Numbered from the stretch's first letter, positions 1 through 10,323 are shown. The stretch: 64,000 nt of DNA from an uncultured Solirubrobacterales bacterium (GCA_963713015.1 CAVQKC010000008.1:819666-883665); one strand, 5' to 3'. Notes: generated by a model not told the origin, from the letters alone. Numbers and translations: made by a program.

Positions 1-63
1 GGGCGCCTACGATAGCACTACGAAACAGGCTCCAAGGCCTTCAGCACAGAGGGCCGGTAGCGG

Positions 64-83
64 ATTGGTCGATATTGACCAAT
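64..83. promoter_or_regulatory. Palindrome ATTGGTC-N6-GACCAAT, possible operator
   Basis: Perfect 7-bp inverted repeat read directly; function unknown. Confidence 0.3.
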
Positions 84-152
84 GTCCTGACCGGCTAGAA
101 ACGTGCTCGAGACCCTGACAAAATCTCCTGAAACTTTAGCCCGCGAGCACCC

Positions 153-719
153 TTAGCCTGCAGAGCGACTGGTCGGCGGCGCCCTCCACGAATCCGTCTG
201 CGGCGATGGCCGGGCGCTCTTGACCGCACGGTCGAGCAGCTCCGTGCCTTCGCGCACGAACTGGCGACGAGCACCGTCAATGCTCGACAGCAACAGCGCC
301 GAGGCACTCGTTGACTCCTCAAGCTCGAAGCAGAGCTTCAGACGCTCTATGTCGATACGGTCAGAGCCCACGGAGAGCACGGAGGTCTGCGTGAGGCCCG
401 TCAGTGTCTTGTGCACGGAGCCGATCGCGAGATCTGCGCCCTGGCTGAGCGCGCCCTGAGGGAGCTCGGGGTGCCCTCCGAGCTTGTAGTCAAGGCCCCA
501 CGCGTCATCGGTTATGAGTGGCAGGTCATGTTCGTGGCAAGCATTGGCGAGCGCCTGGACATTCGCGCTCGTGCCGTAGTAGCTCGGCGTGAACACCAGT
601 CCCGCAACGGCCTCGGGGTGGGCGTCCAGCGCGGCATCGAACTCTGGCGCAGGCCCGCGGCCGCCGGCGTGAGCGGGGATGCTGAAGCTCAGCGTCCCAC
701 GCTCCCGATAGGCGCGCAT
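153..719 (-). pseudogene. Orn/Lys/Arg decarboxylase (PLP) remnant, internally deleted and C-terminally truncated
   Basis: PAHAGGRG, TPSYYG, DDAWG, SVHKT and STSAS motifs; a large segment is missing between PAPEF and DAALDAH; ends early. Confidence 0.8.
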
Positions 720-836
720 CGCATCCGCGATCGGGGCCGCGTCCTGATCCTTGCGCGCTGGACCCTTGCGTTTGGCAAAGGTTGCTTTGATGCGCTTGGC
801 GACCTGTCGAGCTGCTGCTCCATTGCTGGCGCTGGC

Positions 837-1262
837 TCAGGGAGCGGCGGAGATCGCCTCGAGGAGCTGGCCAGTCTGCTCGTGGTCGAGCGACTTGGCG
901 AGATCGGCCTGGCTGACGATCCCGATCAGCTCGTGCCCGTCGATCACCGGCAACCGGCGGACCTTGTGCTCGGTCATCGTGCGCAGCGCCTCCTCCACGG
1001 AGTCGTCCGCGCCGATCGTGACCGGCTTGCCCTCGGCGAGCTCGCCAGCGGTCGTCTCCCGCGGGTCACGGTCCCTTGCGAGGACCTTGACCACGATGTC
1101 GCGGTCGGTGAGCATGCCCTGCAGGCGGTCATCCTCACCGCAGATCGGCATCGCTCCGACATCCAGCTCGGCAAGCCGCCTCGCCGCGTCGAGGATGCTC
1201 TCGCTGCTCTGTACGCACTCCGCGCTCCCTGACATCACCTCTCTTGCTGTGCTGCCCATCAT
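837..1262 (-). CDS. CBS-domain protein (tandem CBS pair)
   Basis: AREVM, GMLTDRDIV, HKVRRLPV, GIVSQAD; GGAGG RBS upstream. Confidence 0.92.
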   Translation of the reverse strand: MMGSTAREVMSGSAECVQSSESILDAARRLAELDVGAMPICGEDDRLQGMLTDRDIVVKVLARDRDPRETTAGELAEGKPVTIGADDSVEEALRTMTEHKVRRLPVIDGHELIGIVSQADLAKSLDHEQTGQLLEAISAAP

Positions 1263-1355
1263 GCACCTCCAAGTCGTAGGGAAGTCTCCCGCCTTCCTAT
1301 ACCCTCTGAGCGTCTCGCGTAATAGCGCCATAGCGAGAATCGCTGTCTCGGTTGG

Positions 1356-1380
1356 GTTCGGTCCGTCAGGCGCCGGGTAT
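1356..1380 (+). promoter_or_regulatory. SigB/SigF-like promoter GTTC-N15-GGGTAT; a divergent GGGTAT lies on the minus strand at 1299-1304
   Basis: Motif match upstream of DUF72-udgX; mirror -10 upstream of the CBS gene. Confidence 0.5.
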
Positions 1381-1485
1381 CTCGTCGTTGTGCACGTTCC
1401 GATCGCCGCGGCAGAAGCCACAGGAACGCTTCGGGCTGCAAGTAGCAGGCGCGTCCCGCATGCTCGCGGCAAACAGCATGAGCGA

Positions 1486-2241
1486 TTGCGGCCTGTTCGC
1501 ATCGGCTGTTCGGGCTGGAACTACAAGTCGTGGCGCGGAGAGATGTATCCGCCCGGCCTGCCGGCGCGGCGCTGGCTCGAGCGCTACGCCGAGCTGTTTG
1601 ACACCGTCGAGGTCAACACGACCTTCTACCGTCTGATCAGCCGCGACGCGGTCAGCCGCTGGGTGCAGCAGACGCCGCCGGAGTTCTCCTTCGCGGTCAA
1701 GGCCAGCCGCTATTTGACTCACGTCAAGCGCCTGTCTCACATGGGGGAGGGGCTGGCGCGGTTCTACGAGCGCATCGAGCCACTCATAGAAGCCAAGCGC
1801 CTTGATCCCGTTCTCTGGCAGCTACCCGAGACCTTTCATCGCGATGACGAGCGACTCGCTTCCGCGCTGGTGGCGCTGCCGACGGGTCGTCACGCGTTTG
1901 AGTTTCGTCACCCCAGCTGGTTCGTGCCCGAGATCTATGCGCTGCTGCGCGAGCACGATGCGGCCCTGGTCATCGGGGACCATCCAGACCGGCCGTTTCA
2001 AAGCTACGAGTCCACGACCAGTTGGCGCTACGTACGCTTTCATCACGGAACCCGCGGCCGTCGCGGCAACTACTCCCATACCGAGCTCGAGGAATGGGCC
2101 AAGCGCCTAGATTCCTGGCGCACAGAATCAGAGCTCTTCCTCTATTTCAATAACGACTGGGAGGTATTCGCGCCCCGCAACGCCGCCAAACTACGTCTGC
2201 AGCTCAATCGGCTAGAGAGCTCCAGGATCAATGCCGTCTAA
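1486..2241 (+). CDS. DUF72 family protein (start uncertain)
   Basis: RIGCSGWNY, VEVNTTFY, FAVKASRYLTH, FEFRHPSW, YFNND. Confidence 0.92.
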   Translation: MRPVRIGCSGWNYKSWRGEMYPPGLPARRWLERYAELFDTVEVNTTFYRLISRDAVSRWVQQTPPEFSFAVKASRYLTHVKRLSHMGEGLARFYERIEPLIEAKRLDPVLWQLPETFHRDDERLASALVALPTGRHAFEFRHPSWFVPEIYALLREHDAALVIGDHPDRPFQSYESTTSWRYVRFHHGTRGRRGNYSHTELEEWAKRLDSWRTESELFLYFNNDWEVFAPRNAAKLRLQLNRLESSRINAV

Positions 2242-2842
2242 GGCACGCGCACAGAAGACACTCGACGCTCTGCGGGGGCAGGCGGGGGAATGTCATGCCT
2301 GTCCGCTGTGGCGCGATGCGACTCAGACCGTCTTCGGGGAGGGCCCGGCGCGAGCAGCGATGATGCTCGTAGGTGAGCAGCCCGGCGACCGAGAGGATCG
2401 CGAGGGCAGACCATTCGTGGGACCCGCCGGCGCATTGCTTGACCGTGCGCTTGCGCAGGCCGGAATCGACCGTACCCAGGTGTATGTGACCAATTCGGTC
2501 AAGCATTTCAAGTACCGCAGTCGCGGCAAGCGACGTATCCACCAGCGGCCCGACAGCGAGGAGATAAAAGCCTGCCACCAGTGGCTACAGGCAGAGCTCG
2601 ATCTCATCAAGCCGCGGGTACTCGTTTGCCTCGGAGCGACAGCAGCGAAGGCGTTGCTCGGAGGAACACCGCACATCGAACGCGACCGGGGTCATCCGCT
2701 GCCCTCTGAGCTCGCACCCTTGGTCATGCTCACAGCCCATCCTTCGGCGGTCTTGCGCCAGCACGACCACGATGCCCGGCAAGCCGCGACGCAGGCGCTC
2801 GTCAGAGACCTGCGAAGTGCCTGGCGAGAGTGCGCTCAGTGA
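2231..2842 (+). CDS. udgX: UdgX-type family-4 uracil-DNA glycosylase
   Basis: CxxC Fe-S ligands, GEQPG, KRRIH R-loop, HPSAV. Confidence 0.9.
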   Translation: MPSKARAQKTLDALRGQAGECHACPLWRDATQTVFGEGPARAAMMLVGEQPGDREDREGRPFVGPAGALLDRALAQAGIDRTQVYVTNSVKHFKYRSRGKRRIHQRPDSEEIKACHQWLQAELDLIKPRVLVCLGATAAKALLGGTPHIERDRGHPLPSELAPLVMLTAHPSAVLRQHDHDARQAATQALVRDLRSAWRECAQ

Positions 2843-2887
2843 GATGGGTGTCGCACGAAGATCGGCAGCGGGTAGGAGAGGCACACT

Positions 2888-3436
2888 GTGAGCGCCACCG
2901 CCCTGATCGTGATCGACATGCTCAACCATTACGAGCACGAGGACGCCGAGGCGCTGCGCCGCTCGGTGCATAAAGCGCTGCCCGCCATCGGAGACCTCGT
3001 GCAACGCGCACGCCGTGCCGAGGTGCCGATTATCTACGTCAACGACAACCATGGCGATTGGTCGGCCGGGCGCCCGGAGCTATGCCAGCGAGCCCTGGAA
3101 GGACCAGATCCTTCTCTGGTGGAACCCATCCTCCCGGGCGAGGAGGTGGCTTTCTTGGTCAAGGCCAGGCACTCGATTTTCTATGAAACCCAGCTCGACT
3201 ACATGCTTCGCCAGCAGGACATCGAGCGGCTCATCCTGAGCGGCCAGGTGACCGAGCAGTGCATCCTCTACTCCGCTTTGGACGCCTATGTGCGCCACTA
3301 CTCGATCGTCATCCCGCGCGACGCCGTCGCCCACATACACAAAGACCTCGCCGACGCCGCGCTGCGGATGATGGAGACGAACATGGCAGCCGAGATCGCC
3401 ACAGCCGCAGAGTGTGGCCTAGCTGCCGAACACTAG
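2888..3436 (+). CDS. Isochorismatase-family cysteine hydrolase
   Basis: ALIVIDM, KARHSIFY, GQVTEQC. Confidence 0.9.
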   Translation: MSATALIVIDMLNHYEHEDAEALRRSVHKALPAIGDLVQRARRAEVPIIYVNDNHGDWSAGRPELCQRALEGPDPSLVEPILPGEEVAFLVKARHSIFYETQLDYMLRQQDIERLILSGQVTEQCILYSALDAYVRHYSIVIPRDAVAHIHKDLADAALRMMETNMAAEIATAAECGLAAEH

Positions 3437-3463
3437 ACGGCTCTCAACGATCCCCTCGGTGAT

Positions 3464-4648
3464 CTAGGGCTTCAGCAGGATCTTGAACGCGCCCTCTTCC
3501 TTCTTCTGGAAGATCTCATAGGCGTGCGGAGCTTCATCGAGCGGCAGATGATGCGTGGCGAACGAGTCGACCCCAAGTGGGTCCTCCTCGCCGCTGAGCA
3601 GCGGCAGGATGTCATCGATCCAGCGCTTGACGTTCGCCTGCCCCATCCTCAGATTGATCTGCTTGTCGAACATCTGCAGCAGCGGCATCGGGCTCGCCGC
3701 ACCCCCATAGACACCGGAAAGTGAGATCGTACCGCCGCGCTGTACTAGCTCGATAGCCATGTGCAGCGCGCTCAAACGGTCGATCCCGGCGGTCTGCATC
3801 ACCTGCTTGGCTACCGCGTCGGGCAGCAGTCCGGTGAGCTTATGCGCGAGGCGCCCAATCGGGGCGCCGTGGGCCTCCATCCCGACCGCGTCGATCACCG
3901 CGATCGGGCCGCGCCCCCCGGTGAACTCGCGCACGGCCTCCGGCAGGTCATCGTGATCCTCCAGATTAAGGGCCTCGACGCCGTGAGCGCTCGCGCGCGC
4001 CAGGCGCTCGGGGACAAGATCCACGCCGATCACCTTTCCCGCGCCGCGATGCTGGGCAACCCTTGTCGACATCTCTCCGATCGGCCCTAGGCCGAGCACG
4101 ACGACGGTCTCTCCCTCGGGGATGCTCGCGTACTCCACCGCCTGCCAGGCGGTCGGCAGCACGTCGGAGAGGTAGACGAAGCGGTCGTCCGCCGGCCCCT
4201 CGGGGACCTTGATCGGCCCATACTGGGCCTGGGGGACACGCAGGTACTCCGCCTGGCCGCCAGGGACCTGCCCGTAGAGCTTGGTATATCCGAGCAGCGC
4301 CGCACCCGTCCCGTACTCATGGACCTGGGTCGTCTCGCACTGGGACTGCAAGCCCTTCCCGCAGGTGTAGCAGTGCCCACAGGAGATGTTGAAAGGGATC
4401 ACCACCCGGTCCCCAGGCGCGATGTGCTTCACCTCAGAGCCGACCTCCTGCACGATCCCCATCGGCTCATGACCAAGAATGTCTCCAGGGTCGATGAACG
4501 CCCCCAGCACCTCATACAGGTGGAGATCTGAACCGCAGATCCCGCTCGAGGTGACCTTGATGATCGCGTCGGTGGGCTGCTCGATCGAGGGGTCAGGGAC
4601 CGTATCGACACGAACGTCGTGATTGCCATGCCAAGCCAGTGCCTTCAC
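3464..4648 (-). CDS. Zn-dependent alcohol dehydrogenase, glutathione-independent formaldehyde dehydrogenase-like
   Basis: ICGSDLH, GHE, CGHCYTC..C, GGQAEY, LSDVLPT. Confidence 0.92.
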   Translation of the reverse strand: MKALAWHGNHDVRVDTVPDPSIEQPTDAIIKVTSSGICGSDLHLYEVLGAFIDPGDILGHEPMGIVQEVGSEVKHIAPGDRVVIPFNISCGHCYTCGKGLQSQCETTQVHEYGTGAALLGYTKLYGQVPGGQAEYLRVPQAQYGPIKVPEGPADDRFVYLSDVLPTAWQAVEYASIPEGETVVVLGLGPIGEMSTRVAQHRGAGKVIGVDLVPERLARASAHGVEALNLEDHDDLPEAVREFTGGRGPIAVIDAVGMEAHGAPIGRLAHKLTGLLPDAVAKQVMQTAGIDRLSALHMAIELVQRGGTISLSGVYGGAASPMPLLQMFDKQINLRMGQANVKRWIDDILPLLSGEEDPLGVDSFATHHLPLDEAPHAYEIFQKKEEGAFKILLKP

Positions 4649-4698
4649 GTCGTCAGCTCCCTCTGTCGATCATCGCCGGGTGGGTCTCACGACTGTCC

Positions 4699-4722
4699 TA
4701 CCCATCGGGAGTAGGAAGAAAC
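4699..4722 (-). promoter_or_regulatory. SigB/SigF-like promoter GTTT-N15-GGGTA
   Basis: Exact motif about 50 bp upstream of the dehydrogenase start. Confidence 0.65.
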
Positions 4723-4784
4723 CCGCGGGGACCTCGATGTGAAGTCCAGGAGCGACGCCACGCACACCACGTCTCACTCAGTGC

Positions 4785-4818
4785 CGTCCGTAGCCGGCCG
4801 CCCGACCGGCTACGGACG
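4785..4818. terminator. 13-bp perfect GC-rich hairpin downstream of the epimerase gene
   Basis: CGTCCGTAGCCGG-N8-CCGGCTACGGACG. Confidence 0.5.
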
Positions 4819-4907
4819 TGTAGCCCTAGTCCGTGTTCTCGTCCGAATGGATATCCGGCTCGGCGCTAGGAGTGTTCTCGTCGGGCTCTCTCTCAATCAT
4901 TGCTTGT

Positions 4908-5963
4908 TCAGAGACCGTCGGATGCTCCGATCCTGGAGCGGAACTCTCGCCAGCGCAACGGGCCGCTGCTCTCGCGACTTAGAGGCGGCGTCTGGATCCC
5001 AGCTCCACGGTGCAGCCCCTCTAGCAGCTCAAGCACTGTCTGCTCGGCTGTGCGGCTGGCGTGCCAGCCGAGCTCGTCGTGAGTGCGAGTAGTGTCCATG
5101 ATCGGGCTGAACACGCCCATGTCCAGCCAGCCGGGGGAGGTTGGCTGTAGTCGCAGCTTCCAGCTCGTCCAAGCCGCCGCGCGCACGAGCCCGAGCGGCA
5201 GCTCGAAGGCCCTGGCCTGCAGCGTTTGGCGCAGCATCTCTATGTCGAGCACGGGATCGGCAGCGATGTTGAACGCTCCCCTCACGGGCTGCGTGGCGGC
5301 CAGCCGGTATGCCTCACCAACATCGTGGGAGTGCACCGCCTGGGTGCGTAGACCTCGTGGGTATGGCAGCACGCGGATCCAGTCGCGGTGCACCAATCGA
5401 TTCGGCAGCAGCGGCCCCATGAAAAGCCGGCGAATCTCGGTCGCCGCGTCAGCCTTGAAGATGAGAGCCGGGCGCAACCTTACCGTCCTCACCTCCGGGT
5501 GAGCGGCCTCGAACCCATCCAGTGCCTGCTCGACCTCAGCCTTATGACGCGAGTAAAAAGAGCTCTGCACGCCAGTGGTAGGCCACGACTCATCGACCGC
5601 TCGATCTGTCGGCCCCGGCGCATAAGCGCCCACAGATGATGCGTAGACGAGAGCCGGCACACCTGCCCGTGCGACAGCCTCAAATACGCGCAGGCTGCCA
5701 TCCACGTTCACGCGGTGGGTGAGTGCCTCATCGCGGGAGGGCTGGATCAACCACGCGAGATGAATCACGACATCGGCACCCTCGAACACGCAAAGGAGAT
5801 CGTCCTTGGAGACATCCGCCTGCCACCAAGCGGTCTTGGCAAAAGACGCTCGTGGAATACGCCTAGCCACTCCGCGGATCTCCTCCACCGCAGCGTCCCG
5901 TCCAAGGGCAGCCAAGACACTCGTCCCGACATTCCCGGTAGCACCCGTCACCACGATGCGCAT
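4908..5963 (-). CDS. NAD-dependent epimerase/dehydratase (extended SDR)
   Basis: TGATGNVG, HLAW, SSVGAY, YSRHK. Confidence 0.92.
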   Translation of the reverse strand: MRIVVTGATGNVGTSVLAALGRDAAVEEIRGVARRIPRASFAKTAWWQADVSKDDLLCVFEGADVVIHLAWLIQPSRDEALTHRVNVDGSLRVFEAVARAGVPALVYASSVGAYAPGPTDRAVDESWPTTGVQSSFYSRHKAEVEQALDGFEAAHPEVRTVRLRPALIFKADAATEIRRLFMGPLLPNRLVHRDWIRVLPYPRGLRTQAVHSHDVGEAYRLAATQPVRGAFNIAADPVLDIEMLRQTLQARAFELPLGLVRAAAWTSWKLRLQPTSPGWLDMGVFSPIMDTTRTHDELGWHASRTAEQTVLELLEGLHRGAGIQTPPLSRESSGPLRWREFRSRIGASDGL

Positions 5964-6332
5964 GTCATTTTACCTTTTCCTTTTATAACTATCAGTCACG
6001 CGCCGAACATCGCCAGTCACCGCGCAGCTTTCCGGCTCACCGGGGAAACGCATCGCTCGCGGCACGGCGGCGGCACGTGTCGACAAGCAGCTTGGTCTGC
6101 ATCCAAGCGGTCTATACCCCACGAAGGCCCAGATAACACTTACCGGGCACGGAAGAGCTCCTCCTGGGAGCGGATGTGGAACGCCGGCGCCGTGCCTGTC
6201 GCGATCGGTGCTCCCGGCGCCACGAGTGTGCCCTGACCGAAACGGCGCGCGATCGCGTAAAAGTTAGTGGGCGCAATGCGACCACACGCGCTCGGCCTCG
6301 CCCTTGCAAGTCAGTACCAAGGGCCTTGTCGT

Positions 6333-6466
6333 CGTTCGCAGCAGGCTGCCGCTAAGCAGTCAGCGTTCGCAGCAGGCTGCCGCTAAGCAGTCAGCGTTCG
6401 CGGCAGGCTGCCGCTAAGCAGTCAGCGTTTGTGGCAGGCTGCCGCTAAGCAGTCAGCGTTTGTGGC
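6333..6466. repeat. 31-bp tandem repeat, about 4.3 copies, spanning the stop codon of the adjacent minus-strand gene
   Basis: Unit cgttcgcagcaggctgccgctaagcagtcag, contiguous, no spacers. Confidence 0.95.
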
Positions 6467-6933
6467 GCGGACTCCTTTAGCTTGGTCACTGTCCAGCGCA
6501 GCGTCCGCAGCGTCTGTGGATGGCATAGGGTGACGCAGTCGAGTAGTTGTTGGTCCTTTGCTGCCTGTGCTCCCTGGCCGAGGGCGGTCCACGCAAAAGA
6601 GGCCCGTGCCGCCTGGAGGTGCAGTTCTCGTAGATCGTGCAACAGCAGCAACCCCGATTGGGGCCGGCGCCCAAGCATCTCGGCTGTCTTCTCTCTTAGG
6701 GCGCTCAGCGTGCCTGCTGTCTCGCGTCCGATGTCGTCGGTCTCGATACTCTGGTTGTAACGTTCCGCGAACGGCGTGAGGGCGGCCAGGTGGCCTTGTG
6801 ACCAGCGCGAGAGCAGCCGCGTCACGTGATAGACGTCGTGGTCGGTGCGGTGTCGCTCGCCGACCTTCAGTAGCTGCTCGGCGAGCTGCTCCTCGGTCTC
6901 GGCGACCTCTCTGATGGCGATCCCCAGCTTCAT
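6445..6933 (-). CDS. Helical hypothetical protein coupled to the Mo oxidoreductase
   Basis: ATGA overlap with the oxidoreductase stop; helical, with several His/Glu residues. Confidence 0.75.
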   Translation of the reverse strand: MKLGIAIREVAETEEQLAEQLLKVGERHRTDHDVYHVTRLLSRWSQGHLAALTPFAERYNQSIETDDIGRETAGTLSALREKTAEMLGRRPQSGLLLLHDLRELHLQAARASFAWTALGQGAQAAKDQQLLDCVTLCHPQTLRTLRWTVTKLKESAPQTLTA

Positions 6934-9211
6934 GCTCTGCTCACGCGGCATGCCGCAGTCTTGAACAGCGGTTGCTTGGAAACTGGATCCCAGGCGGTGA
7001 GCGTGAGCTCGTTCGCAGCTGTCGGCGTGCCGTCGGGTGCGGCTCCGTCTTGGGTGTCCCAGTACCCGTAGTGAAATGGGACGAAGACGACTCCCTCGCG
7101 GCCAGCGACGATCCTGGCTTGCGCGATGATGTGTCCCCGCGGGGTCTCGATCCGCACCCGCTCGCTCTCGGTCAGCTCGAGCCGTGCTGCGTCCTGGACG
7201 GGGATCTCCGCCCACACCTCGGGTGCCGCGGCCTGCAGCTGCGGTGCCCTGGCTGTCTTCGTGCGTGTGTGGAAGTGCCAGATCGTCCTGCCCGTCGTAA
7301 GCAGCAGCGGGAACTGCGCGCTGGGTTCCTCGATCGGTGCTTGGAAGTCGGCCGCCTTGAGGATCGCCTTACCGTCTGGGTTCAGCGCGCGATACTCGAC
7401 CGGTTCCAGCTGCGCTCCTGTGGCTAGGTCCATGCCGTAGCTCTCGCATCGGTCGGGCGCAGCGAAGAAGCGCCCGTCGGCATAGAGGCGCTCGCCCCCC
7501 CATTGGATGCCTGACCCTCCGCGCAGGTCCTGGTAGCTGATCTCGCTGTAGTCGCAGGGACGGCCCTTCGAGCATTTCTGCCAGGCGCGAAAGGCGGACT
7601 CGGGATCCCGCCAGCCGATCAGCGACTCTCCATTCTTGTTGCGGAAGTTCATGCGGCGGGCGAAGTCGAGGAAGATCTCGAGGTCCGAGCGGGCTTGGCC
7701 GGGCGGGTCGATCGCCTTCTCGCACAGGTGCACGGTGCGGTCAGCGTTGGTGAACGCCCCGGTCTTCTCGCCCCATCCCGCGACTGGCAGCACGACGTCG
7801 GCAAAACGCGCGGTCTCTGTCAGGAATAGGTCCTGACGATCAGGAACAGCCGCTCTCGGGCGAGTATCGAACGGATGCGGCCGAGCTCGGGCAGGGAGAC
7901 GGCGGGGTTGGTGGCGCTCACCCAGAGCAGCTCGATTGAGCCCTGCTCGCAGTGATGGAAGATCTCCATGGCGTGCGTGGAAGGACCGTAATGCGGGATC
8001 TGGATCGGATCGACGTTCCACAGCTCGGCCAGTTCCTGAACGTGCGCGTCGTTCGCCCAGTTACGAAAGCCGGGCAGGTCGCCGTTGGCGCCGCACTCTC
8101 GTGTGTTCTGGGCGGTGGGCTGCCCATTCATTTGCAGAATCCCGGCGCCGGGACGGCCGAGCATGCCGCGTACGAGGTTGATGTTGTTGACCTGCACCGC
8201 CGCCGCGGTCGCCTGGTGTGACTGGTAGACGCCCTGCAGCACCGTTGAGAGCAGCGCATCGGCGTCGCCGATGATGCGAGCAGCAGCCTGAATCTCGGAG
8301 GCGGGGACACCGGAGAGTTCGGAGGCATGCTCGAGGGTGTAGGTCATCACCGCCTTGCGCAACTCCTTGAACCCCACTGTGTGACGATCGACCCATTCCT
8401 GATCGATGCGGTTGCCTGCGATCAGCTCACGCAGGATTCCGTTCAGCAACGGCACATTGCGTCCTGGCATCACCTGCAGATGCACGTCCGCCTGTGCGGC
8501 TGGCGCGGTGCGCCGCGGGTCGACCACGACCAGGCGCGGAGGATCTGGACCGGCCAGCCGATCGAGCATCCGCATCCACAGGACCGGCTGGGTCTCTGCC
8601 ACGTTGTGCCCGACCAGGAACAGGGTGTCGCAATGATCGACATCGGCATAGGAGCCCGGCTGCCCATCGCAGCCGAAGGTTTGCTTCAGCGCCTCACTAG
8701 CGGTTGCGGTGCACATCCGCGTGTTGCCGTCGAGATGGTTCGTGCCGATGCCGACCCGGGCCATCAAACACAGCGTGTAGTACTCCTCCAAGAACAGCTG
8801 GCCACTCGTATAAAAGCCGAACGCTGCTGGCCCAACCCGCTCAAGCAGCTCCTGGGAGCGCTCAACGATCCGCTGCATCGCTTCTTCCCAGCTGGCCTCA
8901 CGCAGCTCGCCGTCCTCGCGCAACAGCGGCGTAGTCAACCGGTCCGCAGACTGGATGGCCTGCCACCCATACAGATCCTTCGGGTCAAGCCGCCCGCGAT
9001 TGACCCGATCACCTGGCCGTCCCCGCACACCGATCAGTTTCTCGCCCGCGACACCAAGGTCATAAGCGTCGCCGTTCGAGTGCAGCACACTGGCGACCTG
9101 CGCCCATCGCTCCGGCTCTCCCACGAGGTACTGATCGACCCGCGGGGACCATTCCTGACCGCGCGCATACGGCTGGCGCTCCCCATAAACATCCAGCAAA
9201 GGGTCAGACAC
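6930..9211 (-). CDS. Mo-bisPGD oxidoreductase (Nas/Nap-like), split by a 1-nt frameshift near 7835
   Basis: NTRMCTAT, GHNVAET, VVVDPR, GQPTAQNTRE, QDLFLTETA, TNADR, TTGRxxxHFHT, VPFHY; two ORFs join at IV|QDLF. Confidence 0.88.
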
Positions 9212-9311
9212 AAGCCCGCCACAAGGCCACCACGAGTGGCGCCCGGTGTCGCTTCGCCGACGCGACATCTTTCGTTGTCTCATCAAGCATCACAGGATCT
9301 GCGGCGTCTCC

Positions 9312-9336
9312 TACCCGTCCGCCGGCTCCGAGAAAC
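9312..9336 (-). promoter_or_regulatory. SigB/SigF-like promoter GTTT-N16-GGGTA
   Basis: Motif upstream of the oxidoreductase. Confidence 0.6.
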
Positions 9337-9405
9337 AGGCGCCCAGACACAGCGCCCGTCAGGGATGTCCGGCGAACTGTGTGCAACCGCGTCAATAACG
9401 ACGAA

Positions 9406-10323
9406 CTAGGAGGCCGACCGCGTCGTGCGGCTGTTTAGAGTCTCGCGGACGGTCAGTTCGAGTAGCTCGCACACACGGCGCGCGATGGCAGACAAGTGCC
9501 TAAGCGGTATTGCGTGGTCTCGGGTGTAGTTGGTGAGCGTGATCAGTCCGCGGTGGTCGATGAAGTTCAGCGCTGTGAGGTCAAGTTCAGTCGGATGGTC
9601 GCACTCGGCGAGCGTGCTGCAGAGCATCCGCTCGAGGTCCTTGGCGCTGAATGTGTCGACTTCTCCTTCGAGTGCCAGCGTATGGTCGTCCCGGTAGGCG
9701 AGACGGAAGGACAGCTGTTCGACACCGTGGCTAGCCGGATGAACACATTGCAGTTCGGCTAGCAGGTCAGTGGGGATGGCATTCTGATCGTAGGCGCAGA
9801 GCGCGGCCAGAGGATTGGAGGACATGTAGCGGTCAGCGACGCTCTCCCACCGAACATGGGCTTCGCGTCGTTCCGGGTCGACCACGAGAGCGGTCGCCTC
9901 GGCCGCGGCCCGTAGACCCGTGTAACCCTCGGAGAGCGCCTGATTCGTTTGTGCGGCGTAGCCGGCGAGCTGGAGCTGCGGATCGATCGGGCGCCCCGGA
10001 TCGTAGATCTCGTCTACGTGGGCAAGGCTCAGCTGACCTTGCTCGAGCATCCGGTCGACGTCGCCGAGCGGCGCGAGCGCGGCCCGCTGAACCTCGCGCT
10101 GCTCGCTGGAGAAATACAAGAGGCGTTGGCCGAAACGCTGCCCGTCAGCGAGGAAGTCGACCGCTGCTTGGTGGAAGCTCGCCTGGTCCGCGAAACCCCA
10201 GCAAGCGTGTCCGCTCATCCCAAGTCCCAACGCCGAGGACACATCCCCGCGCCTTCGTATCGAGGCTACCGGCAAGCCAGCACATTCATTGCCGTGCCCC
10301 ACCAACTCGCTTTGATCGTTCAC
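9406..10323 (-). CDS. MEDS + STAS domain protein (anti-anti-sigma-like)
   Basis: HACW, GLRAAAE, LCAYD, H (MEDS); LEGEVD, LDLTALNFIDHRGL (STAS). Confidence 0.85.
   Translation of the reverse strand: MNDQSELVGHGNECAGLPVASIRRRGDVSSALGLGMSGHACWGFADQASFHQAAVDFLADGQRFGQRLLYFSSEQREVQRAALAPLGDVDRMLEQGQLSLAHVDEIYDPGRPIDPQLQLAGYAAQTNQALSEGYTGLRAAAEATALVVDPERREAHVRWESVADRYMSSNPLAALCAYDQNAIPTDLLAELQCVHPASHGVEQLSFRLAYRDDHTLALEGEVDTFSAKDLERMLCSTLAECDHPTELDLTALNFIDHRGLITLTNYTRDHAIPLRHLSAIARRVCELLELTVRETLNSRTTRSAS

Noticed and set aside
108-140. Possible IS terminal repeat (gagaccctgacaaaa)
   Set aside because: No partner repeat or transposase in the window.
5964-6330. Riboswitch or ncRNA in the long intergenic region
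   Set aside because: No known motif or convincing extended structure was recognised; only a promoter-like GGGTAT.
6333-6466. CRISPR array
   Set aside because: Units are contiguous with no unique spacers, derive from a gene end, and no cas genes are present.
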